Below the pieces are notes generated by a model. The model had not been told where the DNA came from. It saw only the letters and a list, made by a program, of their open reading frames with translations, and made no database searches. The position numbers and the translations under genes were made by a program. Positions 40,497 through 49,918 of a DNA stretch of 64,000 nt are shown here, piece after piece. The stretch's first letter is position 1; the number at the start of each line of letters is the position of its first letter. Source of the DNA: an uncultured Planctomycetia bacterium (GTDB lineage: Bacteria; Omnitrophota; Gorgyraeia; JABMRG01); NCBI GenBank assembly GCA_964634945.1, contig CAZWMG010000005.1:16306-80305 (forward strand), written 5' to 3'.

Positions 40497-42516
40497 CTTT
40501 AATATCTTTACGAGCTTGCTTGGGCTCTTTTTTAGCGGCCTTATCTTCATCCAAGGCACTCTTGGATTTAGTCGTTTTATCAAGGCCTATATCTTTAACA
40601 ACCGGTGCAGGTAGGCCTGCTGCCTCACGCGCCTCTTTCACGCTTAAGACCTCTTTTTCCAATAGAACATCCGCTAGATTGATAAGCTTTTCCTTATTAT
40701 CTTTTAAAAGGCTTCTCGCGTGATTATAAGCGCTATCTACAATACTGTGGACTTCCTTATCAATAAGCTCAGCTGTCTGGTCACTATAGTTTCTCTCCTC
40801 GGTGATATCGCGCCCTAAAAATACCTGATGATTCTTTCTTCCGAATGTAAGGTGGCCCAGATTCTCGCTCATCCCAAACTCGCATACCATCCTACGCGCT
40901 GTCTCGGTAGCGACCTGAAGGTCATTATGCGCTCCTGTGGTAATCTCTTTAAATATAATCTCTTCACTGGCCCTGCCGCCTAAAAGCACAATAAGCCTGC
41001 TAACAAGCTCTGTCTTGGAGACGATATACCTATCTTCAACAGGCAGTTCCATGGTATAGCCTAAAGCTGACGTGCCTCTTGGAATGATTGAGACCTTATG
41101 AAGTTCTTCAGCACTTGGCATAAGAAGCCTTGTAAGGGCATGGCCTGATTCATGGTATGCGACTATACGCTTTTCTTGCTTGCTTATAACGCGGCTCTTT
41201 CTTTGAGGCCCTGCCATAACCCGCTCGATAGATTCCTGGAGTTCACTTGAAGTAACGGTATCTTTGCCTCTTCTTGCAGCTAAGAGCGCCCCCTCATTTA
41301 TAAGGTTGGCGAGATCGGCACCTGAAAAACCGGGCGTCTGCTTGGCGATAGCTATAAGGTCCGCGTCCTTATCCATCTTTACATCCTTTGAATGGACCTT
41401 TAATATAGCCTCTCTTCCATTTATATCGGGGCGGTCTATTACGATCTGCCGGTCAAATCTTCCCGGACGCAAAAGCGCGGGGTCTAAAACATCAGGCCTA
41501 TTTGTAGCGGCTATTAAGATAATACCTATCTTTGTTGAAAACCCATCCATCTCAACTAAGAGCGCGTTTAATGTCTGCTCTCTCTCGTCATGACCTCCAC
41601 CTATGCCAGCGAAACGTTGCCTACCGACCGCGTCTATCTCATCCATAAATATAATAGCGCCTTTGCCGCCTACCTTAGCGGATTTCTTTGCCTGCTCAAA
41701 AAGATCTCTTACCCTGGCGGCACCGACGCCAACAAACATCTCAACAAAATCAGAACCACTGATATTGAAAAAAGGAACTTCCGCTTCACCTGAAACAGCC
41801 TTGGCAAGAAGTGTCTTGCCGCATCCCGGAGGGCCCATTAATAGAACACCTTTAGGCATCTTGCCGCCGAGACGTTGAAACTTCTTAGGGTCCTTTAAAA
41901 ATTCTATGACCTCCTGCAACTCTTCCTTTGCCTCATCTACACCGGCAACGTCCTTGAAAGTAACCTTTGCCTTATCTCCTTGTATGAGTTTCGCTCGACT
42001 CTTTCCAAATGAGAGTATCTTCCCAGCTCCTCCACCAGCTCCTCCGCCACGCAAAAAGAAAAACCACATGAGCCCGAAGAAAAGCAATGTTGGCCCTATT
42101 GTATAGACAATAGTTGAGAGAAAAGTCTTTGTAGGCTTTACTGTCACATCAGAAACATTACTTCGTATAATTTTTATAAGATCCGTATCATTAGGGGGGA
42201 CATTTACACTAAATCTTGTTCCATCGGAGAGTTGTCCGGACATCTTCTCTTCCATTATAACAACCTTGGATATCTTCTGTGTAGAGGCGTTCTCCTCCAA
42301 GGCCCTGTAAAACTCGCTATATGGCATCGCCCTCTGAACGCCACCCATGCCATCCATGGACATTGAATTCATCCTAAAAAGCATAATAAATAGAATTATT
42401 GTGATCGCCCAGAATATCATACCCGGGGGATTATTCTTACCCGGGGGCTTTATCTTAGGGAATTTACTATTTTTATTAGATTTTTTAGTACCTTTGTTCT
42501 TATCGCCATTTGCCAT
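40462..42516 (-). CDS. ftsH: ATP-dependent zinc metalloprotease FtsH
   Basis: [24 protein letters not shown]. Confidence 0.98.
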   Translation of the reverse strand: MANGDKNKGTKKSNKNSKFPKIKPPGKNNPPGMIFWAITIILFIMLFRMNSMSMDGMGGVQRAMPYSEFYRALEENASTQKISKVVIMEEKMSGQLSDGTRFSVNVPPNDTDLIKIIRSNVSDVTVKPTKTFLSTIVYTIGPTLLFFGLMWFFFLRGGGAGGGAGKILSFGKSRAKLIQGDKAKVTFKDVAGVDEAKEELQEVIEFLKDPKKFQRLGGKMPKGVLLMGPPGCGKTLLAKAVSGEAEVPFFNISGSDFVEMFVGVGAARVRDLFEQAKKSAKVGGKGAIIFMDEIDAVGRQRFAGIGGGHDEREQTLNALLVEMDGFSTKIGIILIAATNRPDVLDPALLRPGRFDRQIVIDRPDINGREAILKVHSKDVKMDKDADLIAIAKQTPGFSGADLANLINEGALLAARRGKDTVTSSELQESIERVMAGPQRKSRVISKQEKRIVAYHESGHALTRLLMPSAEELHKVSIIPRGTSALGYTMELPVEDRYIVSKTELVSRLIVLLGGRASEEIIFKEITTGAHNDLQVATETARRMVCEFGMSENLGHLTFGRKNHQVFLGRDITEERNYSDQTAELIDKEVHSIVDSAYNHARSLLKDNKEKLINLADVLLEKEVLSVKEAREAAGLPAPVVKDIGLDKTTKSKSALDEDKAAKKEPKQARKDIKDAKKDPDSPQV

Positions 42517-42577
42517 TTTTACCCTTTTGTTGTTATTATATTATATATGTTAGATTATATATAATAACAGATTGTCC

Positions 42578-43978
42578 CTACCTTGTCAATAATTCCAATC
42601 TTAGCGCTTTCTTAGTATGAGAGCTTATTTTACAGACATCTGAGATCCTAATGCCGCAGAGCCATAGTAGCTCACCTCTTGATGAAGCTACAAGCGGTAT
42701 CCTATTTCTATTTTTTAGAGGCACTTTCTCATCAATAAAGATATCCGATACCTTCTTATATCCTTTCATGCCAAGGGGCCTTATCTTGTCCCCTTGTTTA
42801 AAGGTTCTTACGATTAAAGGAAGATCTAGTTTTTCCACATCAAAATATTCAACATTTTTGCGCTTCTTTGAAAAATTAGATACATGGTTAATGTGCCTGG
42901 TCTTAAGCAACCTCCTGCCAAATTTTGTCGAACCGGGTATCTTAACGATAACGCGCGGCATCTCTCTTTTTTTAGGCACTCTAATATCAACAAAACTAAA
43001 CCTTACGCTCCTAGCGCATTTTCTCAATGCTATCTTTCGAGGTAGATAAAGAATAGAACCCGCGGGCCTGGTATCAATTAATGACTCTATCTCTTTATAG
43101 TGTTTGTAATCTATGCCTTCAAGCCCATTGCACATCTCCTGTATGATCTTTCTTATCACTGCCCTCTTAACGGAAGGGTGCAGCTTCGCGAAACCAACAA
43201 GGCTCAATACGATGCTGTTCTTGCCTCTCTTCTTAAACGCGCCCTTAAACTCCTCTTTATGCTTAAGCCCTATATACTCATAATCCTTATCTAGTAAGTC
43301 AACAAGCGTCGATAATGTGGACTTTATTTTAGGGGCATAATCTTTTTCTATCAAAGGTAATAATTTTAAGCGTATCTTATTTCTGAAAAATTTGGTATCG
43401 GAATTAGATCTATCTATTCTGGGGGATATCCTCTTTTGACTGATATATGTCTCTATATCTTTTCGGGATATCTCAATCATGGGCCTTATCAACCGCGCCT
43501 TGCCAAGGCTGCTCTTTGGAGGGATACCGCGTAACCCCTTAAGCCCTGTGCCCCTCAATAGCCGCATAAGGACCGTCTCTGCCTGATCATCCTTTGTATG
43601 CGCGGTAGCGATCACATCAATATCAAAATTGTCAGTAATCTCATTAAAGAACTTATACCTCAAGCGCCTCGCGCCATCTTCTATGGAGAACTTATTTGCC
43701 TTCGCGAATCTTCTGGTATCATGTCTCTTAGTAAAAACAGGTATCTCTTTGCGCCTGCCAAGCGTCTCAACATAGGACTGATCCAGATCGGATTCTTTTC
43801 CACGCAAGGCGTGATTTAGGTGTCCGATAAAAAGCTTTAATCCCATCCCGGATGCTATCGCCTTAACTAAATAGAGCATCGCGACAGAATCGGGGCCGCC
43901 TGAGACACAGAGCAAGACCCTATCTCCTTTTTTTAACATGGAATACTTGGCTATCGTATCACTTATTTTATTGATCAT
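42578..43978 (-). CDS. tilS: tRNA(Ile)-lysidine synthase
   Basis: SGGPDS PP-loop, AHTKDDQAET, RNKIR, TilS C-terminal domain; start trimmed to ATG 43978. Confidence 0.95.
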   Translation of the reverse strand: MINKISDTIAKYSMLKKGDRVLLCVSGGPDSVAMLYLVKAIASGMGLKLFIGHLNHALRGKESDLDQSYVETLGRRKEIPVFTKRHDTRRFAKANKFSIEDGARRLRYKFFNEITDNFDIDVIATAHTKDDQAETVLMRLLRGTGLKGLRGIPPKSSLGKARLIRPMIEISRKDIETYISQKRISPRIDRSNSDTKFFRNKIRLKLLPLIEKDYAPKIKSTLSTLVDLLDKDYEYIGLKHKEEFKGAFKKRGKNSIVLSLVGFAKLHPSVKRAVIRKIIQEMCNGLEGIDYKHYKEIESLIDTRPAGSILYLPRKIALRKCARSVRFSFVDIRVPKKREMPRVIVKIPGSTKFGRRLLKTRHINHVSNFSKKRKNVEYFDVEKLDLPLIVRTFKQGDKIRPLGMKGYKKVSDIFIDEKVPLKNRNRIPLVASSRGELLWLCGIRISDVCKISSHTKKALRLELLTR

Positions 43979-44009
43979 GGTATTAGATGTGTTACGCGGA
44001 ATAAAAAGG

Positions 44010-44480
44010 CTACCCCAGACGCACGCTAATGTATGTAAGGAAAATAGCGAAAAAGAGCAGCACAAGAAAAAATAGAAGGATGACTTTTGGTTTTCTGTGC
44101 AGCCATAGGACATGGCGCTCTATCATCTTCTGATTATCAGACTCTATCTCATCATACTCTATGCCGAAGATATATGTATCAAGGATATATTCCGATACTT
44201 TTTTTGACCATCTGACAGTAGCGTAAGAATCTGTAGCAAGAGCGCTTGATGGGATATTTATAGTAAGTTTAAGCCTTGTCTTTTTAGGGGTGAGCTCAAA
44301 GGGGATCTTGCCCTTTTCCGCTTTTACCTCCAGACACATACCTCCCTTGCCGACATTGCGCGTAAAGCCCTGAATTATGGATGAGATGGCCTCCTTCTTC
44401 TCATCAATAAGCTGAAACTCTATAGGAAAGATGCCGCCCAATCGAATATAATTTCTTCTGTTTTCCGAGGTTCTTTTCAT
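44010..44480 (-). CDS. PilZ-domain protein with C-terminal TM helix
   Basis: RNYIR (RxxxR), NVGKGG (variant of D/NxSxxG), VRW..GIEY. Confidence 0.8.
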   Translation of the reverse strand: MKRTSENRRNYIRLGGIFPIEFQLIDEKKEAISSIIQGFTRNVGKGGMCLEVKAEKGKIPFELTPKKTRLKLTINIPSSALATDSYATVRWSKKVSEYILDTYIFGIEYDEIESDNQKMIERHVLWLHRKPKVILLFFLVLLFFAIFLTYISVRLG

Positions 44481-44487
44481 ATTTACA

Positions 44488-44516
44488 ATTCTATAACAAA
44501 AGCAGCCAAATGTAAA
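44488..44516 (-). promoter_or_regulatory. Promoter placed for a leaderless PilZ-tilS transcript
   Basis: TTTACA-N17-TAGAAT, 7 nt before ATG 44480; no SD. Confidence 0.55.
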
Positions 44517-44725
44517 CTCAAAAGACTTATTTTTAAGAAGTATTACAGTATCATCACAGGAGTATAGCAGGTATGGGTAATGGCATAAAACTTATGCATC
44601 TATAAACTGAAAAGATGTTCTTGAAATACAGAAGCGCTCTTACTTTAAATAAATCCGAATCCGGATAACAAAATTAAAAAAATCCTGATTCCGCATATGT
44701 TAGGTAGCGTCTGGCCTGATTACAT

Positions 44726-46165
44726 CTAGTAGATAATAATAAGATATCCAACCGCTATTGCTATATATATCCCCCATACCCCTGCAAGTAGGATGGCCCG
44801 CCATACAGGGGGCGCTGCCCATCGCGGAAACTTTATTGGGAGCAATCGATAATTAAGATAAAAAAGCACAGGAATAAACAATACAAAGGCAAATATACTT
44901 ACTACACCGCCTATTTGAATTAAAATACCTGGTTTTGCCAAAGGCATAGTAATGCATGTAATGGCAATTAGAAAAATGAGCCAAAAATAATACCAATAAC
45001 TAAATGTTTTTCTTCTTGCCTGAATAAAATGTGAGCGGGTAAAATCAGCGAATTTACGTGATGCTCCATCAGCGGCGGCAAACCACGAGTCACCAAGAAA
45101 AGCTGCGGCAATAACCAAAAACAAAACCTTTCCTATAGCGCCCAACCATTGATAAAAAAACTCTGATTGCACTACTGCGATCTTCCATCCTGCAGGGTAA
45201 ATACCCTTCGGAGCAAGCAAAGATAGCGCGAGCCAGGTTGTAATCATAACAGTAAATACGTTAATCAAAATGCCAAAAAGATTATCATAACGTAAATATC
45301 GTTTCCATGCCTGCCAGTTCTTTTTGTTTTCCCAGGTATCATCGAAATACAAACCACTATTAACAAATGGTTCTCTATCGTCCTCGCTATGAGCTGTGTG
45401 AACTTTTTCCGCATAATAAGCCATACCAATGCCCTTGTCCTTAATCCAGTAGGAATACATGAGAGTGAAGAATCCACCTAATCCCGCAAAGGCAAGAGCA
45501 GTAACAAGTTTTGATGCATCTGACGGATCCCAATTAGCGGGAATAGTGACGCTTAAAGGGTTAAAGAAGGCGGCAAAAAAGTTTTTTGATGTTGCAAAAA
45601 CCTGTTGCTGGAATAATGAAACAGCAAGTCCAATAACAGTTATGCCCACAATGGCTTTCATGAAGTTTTCTAAGAGCTTATAGACACGGGAAGATTTAAA
45701 CATTCCGAATGAAAAGATAGCAATAGTTATATACCCCCAGAACAAGGATCCTGCACGTGCGGAAAGACGGGGAGGAAAATGTGTTAATTCATAAAGCGCG
45801 GTACCGCCTGCGCTGGCGTAACCTCCAAACCATAGAAGAGAAATAAAACAAAGAGCAAAAAGAGGAATTGAATACCATATTCCAAGACGCTTGAATCCTG
45901 CCCAGATTCCTTCTCCTGTTAAGGCAGTATAACGTATGACTTCAGCATTGACAAAAAATTGTATAAGGCAGGCAGGTAAGAGTAGGCCAATAAATGAGAG
46001 TCCGTATTTTGCGGCAAGATAAGGCCACCATATAAGTTCACCACTGCCCTGCGCAAAAGAGGCCCAGATAAAGGCAGGGCCGATCATGGCAAGGATACTA
46101 AGCGGCATCTTTGGAAGTGGCCTCTTTTGTAGGTCCGACACCCTACTATTGCTATTCTCAGGCAT
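44726..46165 (-). CDS. Nramp-like (APC superfamily) membrane transporter
   Basis: GPAFIWASFAQGSGELIWWP..AKYG..RYTALTGE; about 11 hydrophobic segments; GAGGT SD before ATG 46165. Confidence 0.8.
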   Translation of the reverse strand: MPENSNSRVSDLQKRPLPKMPLSILAMIGPAFIWASFAQGSGELIWWPYLAAKYGLSFIGLLLPACLIQFFVNAEVIRYTALTGEGIWAGFKRLGIWYSIPLFALCFISLLWFGGYASAGGTALYELTHFPPRLSARAGSLFWGYITIAIFSFGMFKSSRVYKLLENFMKAIVGITVIGLAVSLFQQQVFATSKNFFAAFFNPLSVTIPANWDPSDASKLVTALAFAGLGGFFTLMYSYWIKDKGIGMAYYAEKVHTAHSEDDREPFVNSGLYFDDTWENKKNWQAWKRYLRYDNLFGILINVFTVMITTWLALSLLAPKGIYPAGWKIAVVQSEFFYQWLGAIGKVLFLVIAAAFLGDSWFAAADGASRKFADFTRSHFIQARRKTFSYWYYFWLIFLIAITCITMPLAKPGILIQIGGVVSIFAFVLFIPVLFYLNYRLLPIKFPRWAAPPVWRAILLAGVWGIYIAIAVGYLIIIY

Positions 46166-46203
46166 AATATTACCTCTCACACCCCTAAGCCAAGAATTAA
46201 ATC

Positions 46204-46249
46204 AAGAACGGTTCTCAAGCACAGGTACCTGTGATTGAGAACCGTTCTT
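46204..46249. repeat. REP-like palindrome downstream of the CAT-anticodon tRNA
   Basis: aagaacggttctcaa-gcacaggtacctgtga-ttgagaaccgttctt. Confidence 0.8.
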
Positions 46250-46255
46250 AAGAAA

Positions 46256-46332
46256 TGGTGGGCCCGGTAGGACTCGAACCTACGACCAATTGATTATGAG
46301 TCAACTGCGCTAACCAACTGCGCTACGGGCCC
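46256..46332 (-). tRNA. tRNA with CAT anticodon, most likely tRNA-Ile2 (lysidine-modified)
   Basis: GGGCCCG acceptor with paired G1-C72, GACTCATAATC anticodon arm, discriminator A; lacks initiator GGG/CCC anticodon stem. Confidence 0.85.
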
Positions 46333-46349
46333 AAAAATGATTGAAAGCG

Positions 46350-46378
46350 ATTATATCATAGGCATAATAGCTTTACAA
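46350..46378 (-). promoter_or_regulatory. Sigma70-type promoter of the CAT-anticodon tRNA
   Basis: TTGTAA-N17-TATAAT with TG extended -10. Confidence 0.6.
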
Positions 46379-46400
46379 GAAGAAAAATATAAATTTTAAC

Positions 46401-46448
46401 CAAGACCGGTTCTCAAGCACGATCGGTCGTGCTTGAGAACCGGTCTTG
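46401..46448. repeat. REP-like perfect palindrome (22-bp arms) upstream of the tRNA
   Basis: caagaccggttctcaagcacga-tcgg-tcgtgcttgagaaccggtcttg. Confidence 0.85.
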
Positions 46449-46457
46449 AGACAATCT

Positions 46458-46742
46458 TTACTTCTTAAGTTCCTCCTTGGCAGGCATATCAAAGGCAGCC
46501 TGCAAGGCGTACATACAATCCTGGCAGTTATCTATATGCTTGCGCATGGCCTCCTTCTGCTTGCCGTCAATCCTTCCTTCTATGTAATTTAGGAAAGTCT
46601 TAGGGTCCGGGCAAGGAGCTACGTTGACAACATTAGCCTTTCCAATATCTTTAATCTTAGGCTCTCTTGTATTCTTCCGGATCGCCTTGTAAAAAGCGTA
46701 TACAAAATAAATTATTAATAAAAAGAGTACGAAACGTATCAT
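46458..46742 (-). CDS. Small membrane protein with C-terminal zf-HC2 (anti-sigma-type) zinc finger
   Basis: N-terminal hydrophobic helix; CPD....YIEGRI.......KHIDNCQDC (HxxxCxxC). Confidence 0.75.
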   Translation of the reverse strand: MIRFVLFLLIIYFVYAFYKAIRKNTREPKIKDIGKANVVNVAPCPDPKTFLNYIEGRIDGKQKEAMRKHIDNCQDCMYALQAAFDMPAKEELKK

Positions 46743-46768
46743 TTTGTGGTTATCAACCTTTCTTCTGC

Positions 46769-47335
46769 TTAATCCATAAAAAAACTGATCTTTATTTTCT
46801 CAGGTATAGGCTTTCTTGCGGGATTCATGGTAAAGACCTGAACAAAATCTTTATATTTTCCGACCGCGTTATTAAAATATTCCGTACTTGAGGCAAATTT
46901 ATTTCCGTTTTGGTCCGTAATAATCAATTGTTTGCTCTGGCGCATCTTCTTATCAGGCAGGCCATTGTCAAAATCAGCCCTACAGATAATTACCAGCATC
47001 TCTATATCACCCGCAGGGACAGCGAACGCTCCCACGCCATATATAAATACGTTATCGTATTGACTATAATCTGAGGCCTCTGATGCATAGAAATGCACCA
47101 AGGCATCCTTGCCCTTAATACAGGAGATCTTCATTACAGAGAATGTTCCTTTAGGAAACGTCTTACTAATGCCCGTAACAGTACCTCCCAACGCGGGCAT
47201 CTCAACATCCATTGTCAGTACCGGCTTTCTCGAATCTCCTGCAAGGCTCTTGATCTGAGAAATTCCAAGAAGAGTGCCAAACAACACACAAATTATGATT
47301 ATATTTTTAAAATAAGGTATCATTCTATGCCTCAT
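46769..47335 (-). CDS. Hypothetical exported protein
   Basis: 188 aa ORF with signal-peptide-like N-terminus. Confidence 0.7.
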   Translation of the reverse strand: MRHRMIPYFKNIIIICVLFGTLLGISQIKSLAGDSRKPVLTMDVEMPALGGTVTGISKTFPKGTFSVMKISCIKGKDALVHFYASEASDYSQYDNVFIYGVGAFAVPAGDIEMLVIICRADFDNGLPDKKMRQSKQLIITDQNGNKFASSTEYFNNAVGKYKDFVQVFTMNPARKPIPEKIKISFFMD

Positions 47336-47390
47336 AAAAACGAAAACAATCCTCTTGCTTTTTAGGATTGCTCTAATATTTAATAAAACA

Positions 47391-47534
47391 TTATTTGCCT
47401 TTTTCCAGCTTGTTCATCGCGTTATCTAATACGCTATCGCAAGTAAAGGTCTTTTTATAATCAAAATCCTTAACAACCTTATAGAGCCCCCATACTAAGG
47501 CTGCTATTATGATAATTGTCAGTAGTTTTCTCAC
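47391..47534 (-). CDS. Small hypothetical membrane protein (47 aa; not in the ORF track)
   Basis: GTG start with AAGGAG upstream; MRKLLTIIIIAALVWGLYKVVKDFDYKKTFTCDSVLDNAMNKLEKGK*. Confidence 0.65.
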   Translation of the reverse strand: MRKLLTIIIIAALVWGLYKVVKDFDYKKTFTCDSVLDNAMNKLEKGK

Positions 47535-47581
47535 TCAAGCCGCTCCTTACTATGTGTTAACTCTTTTCTTTCTTCTCTTTT

Positions 47582-47779
47582 TTAGCTTTTTTTGAATATC
47601 TTTATAACCGGGGGTATAGAGAGCACTATACCGAGCAAAAGGATCCACAAGCCAAAACCTCTTGCGCAGCTAGATATCAAAACACCTATACCTATTCCCG
47701 CAATAACCTTGGATGACACAAACAACACAAACATCGGATTCGGTAATGCCTTTACCTTATTAAGTATGCCCATATACAC
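47582..47779 (-). CDS. Small hypothetical membrane protein (2 TM)
   Basis: 65 aa, two hydrophobic segments. Confidence 0.65.
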   Translation of the reverse strand: MYMGILNKVKALPNPMFVLFVSSKVIAGIGIGVLISSCARGFGLWILLLGIVLSIPPVIKIFKKS

Positions 47780-47799
47780 CTCTCTTTTTTTCTTCCCCT

Positions 47800-47976
47800 T
47801 TATTGCTGCTCAGGTGTTACGGAAGGGCTAAAATTCTGCGCGCATTTTGACATCGCCTGCATGCGCTTATCCTTACTCATACCGCACATCCTAAGCTTCG
47901 CGGTCTTTGCAACGGTTAAAACAAGTGCCGCTATAACAATAAGAACTATTATCTGTCCAAACAGCTTCCAAGTCAT
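47800..47976 (-). CDS. Small hypothetical membrane protein (58 aa; not in the ORF track)
   Basis: AAAGGAG SD; MTWKLFGQIIVLIVIAALVLTVAKTAKLRMCGMSKDKRMQAMSKCAQNFSPSVTPEQQ*. Confidence 0.65.
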   Translation of the reverse strand: MTWKLFGQIIVLIVIAALVLTVAKTAKLRMCGMSKDKRMQAMSKCAQNFSPSVTPEQQ

Positions 47977-48009
47977 ATCTCTATCTCCTTTTATTTAATT
48001 AAAATAATA

Positions 48010-48318
48010 TCAGTACTGATGGGTAGGCTCAGACCCCTCAACCTCCCAGTCACTTTCAAAATCCCTTCGCCTTAACATAACCCTCTCTGTGCCGAAACCA
48101 TGATTTATATCTATGCGCGCTCCGGATCTGGCTATTATGGTATTTCCGAAAGTCAGGTCAGCAATATCGCAATCGTATTTTTCAGCGACATATTTCATTG
48201 CCAACTCCACGGGCATCTTGATCTCCGGATCTATCTCTTCCTCTGTCGCGAAAAGCGCGCTTGATGTTACGCAAAACAACATAGATAAGATGAGGCTAAA
48301 ACATATAAATCTTTTCAT
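48010..48318 (-). CDS. Hypothetical exported protein
   Basis: Signal-peptide-like MKRFICFSLILSMLFCVTSSALFA; TTGAAA-N18-TATAAT upstream. Confidence 0.7.
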   Translation of the reverse strand: MKRFICFSLILSMLFCVTSSALFATEEEIDPEIKMPVELAMKYVAEKYDCDIADLTFGNTIIARSGARIDINHGFGTERVMLRRRDFESDWEVEGSEPTHQY

Positions 48319-48394
48319 AAAATCCCCTGTTTTATATATTATACTCTCTTAAGAGGCTTTGTTTCAAGGAAATAGTAATAGGTGTGAATTTTTT

Positions 48395-49918
48395 CTACGA
48401 TACAAAAAGGCTATTGGTAGAAAAGTTTGGTTCTGTAGTAAGGTTTATCCCTAGCCTTCTTAGGCCCGCTTCATCACCCGGGGTAGGTATATGCGTAATA
48501 TGGACCTCACATCCTGAGAGATCCTTTAGCTTATCCATGCACAATTTAGAGGTTGGGTTTGTAGTAGCGCTTATGCTTAAGGCTATCAGCGCCTCTTCAA
48601 GGTCAAGGCTTACGCTTTTTTGGCCTGAGATATTTTTCTTTAAGTCTCCTATTGATTCTATTACAGTAGGCGACAATAGATGTATCTTATCCGGTAATCC
48701 TGAAAGCACCTTAATCGCGTTTAATATTAAACTTGATGTCGCGTGCATAAGCGGGAAATTTTTTCCTGTTACAATTGCGCCATTTTTAAGCTCTATCGCT
48801 GCCCCACAGAATATCCCTTCATTTCCTTTTTTTTGGTTTTGCGCCTCTTTAGCGGCCTTTTGAGCGGGTAATACCACTTTTCTGTTCTCAGGTTTTATCT
48901 TTAATTCCTTCATAAGAGACTCTACGCTCTCAACAGCCTCTTTTTCCACAAGCCCGAGTATATACTCACAGGAATATCTGAAATAACGCCTTATAATCTC
49001 CTGTTTGGCAGCCTCACAAACAACCGCATCGTCAATGATACCAAAACCCGCGCGGTTAACACCCATATCAGTAGGCGACTTATACATCGATTCGTCACCT
49101 GTTATCTTTTCAAGTATCCTCTTAAGCACAGGGAATACCTCAACATCACGATTATAATTAATAGTAGTCTCATTGTATGCCTCTAAATGAAAAGGGTCTA
49201 CCTGATTAAAATCTCCCAGATCCGCTGTAGCTGCTTCATAAGCTGCGTTGACAGGATGCTTAAGCGGTATGGACCATATCGGAAATGTCTCAAATTTCGC
49301 GTAACCGCTTTTTTTGCCTTTTTTATAATCATGATAAAGTTGCGTAAGGCATGTGGCAAGCTTACCGCTTCCCGGCCCCGGAGCGGTAACTATAACAAGC
49401 GGATTTTTTGTCTCTATATACGCGTTTGTTCCATAACCTTCATCACTAACTATCTTGTCCACATCCTTTGGATACCCCTTGGTCACACTATGCGTGTAAA
49501 CCTTGACGCCTCTGCGCTCAAGTTTATTCTTAAATATCTTAGCTGCCGGCTGATCATCAAATCGCGTTATCACAACAGCGCGTATATTTATGCCCCAGCC
49601 CTTTAAGTCATCTATAAGCTTAAGGGAATCTACGTCATATGTAATACCGAAATCCGCCCGTATCTTTCTTCGTTCGATATCTCCGGCGTATATGCAGAGT
49701 ATAACATCGGCCTTATCCTTAAGTTTTTGGAATAACCTCATCTTTACATTCGGGTCAAATCCGGGCAAGACCCTTGAGGCATGATAATCGTAGAGTATCT
49801 TACCGCCAAATTCCAGATAGAGTTTATCGTCAAACTTTGACACCCTCTCTAAAATAGCCTTTGTCTGCTCCTTTAGATACTTTTCATTATCAAAGCCGTG
49901 CTTGATTGAGGTTATCAC
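48395..49918 (-). CDS. DUF1846 (UPF0371) family protein
   Basis: [52 protein letters not shown]. Confidence 0.9.
   Translation of the reverse strand: MITSIKHGFDNEKYLKEQTKAILERVSKFDDKLYLEFGGKILYDYHASRVLPGFDPNVKMRLFQKLKDKADVILCIYAGDIERRKIRADFGITYDVDSLKLIDDLKGWGINIRAVVITRFDDQPAAKIFKNKLERRGVKVYTHSVTKGYPKDVDKIVSDEGYGTNAYIETKNPLVIVTAPGPGSGKLATCLTQLYHDYKKGKKSGYAKFETFPIWSIPLKHPVNAAYEAATADLGDFNQVDPFHLEAYNETTINYNRDVEVFPVLKRILEKITGDESMYKSPTDMGVNRAGFGIIDDAVVCEAAKQEIIRRYFRYSCEYILGLVEKEAVESVESLMKELKIKPENRKVVLPAQKAAKEAQNQKKGNEGIFCGAAIELKNGAIVTGKNFPLMHATSSLILNAIKVLSGLPDKIHLLSPTVIESIGDLKKNISGQKSVSLDLEEALIALSISATTNPTSKLCMDKLKDLSGCEVHITHIPTPGDEAGLRRLGINLTTEPNFSTNSLFVS

Noticed and set aside
40497-40583. Long N-terminus of FolP
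   Set aside because: Lies inside the ftsH 3' end; ATG 40496 gives a typical length.
43979-44113. 45 aa N-terminal extension of TilS
   Set aside because: Overlaps the PilZ gene in another frame; TilS-like sequence starts at ATG 43978.
44520-46255. Integrative element or prophage at the CAT-anticodon tRNA
   Set aside because: No integrase, no phage genes, and no duplicated tRNA 3' end seen.
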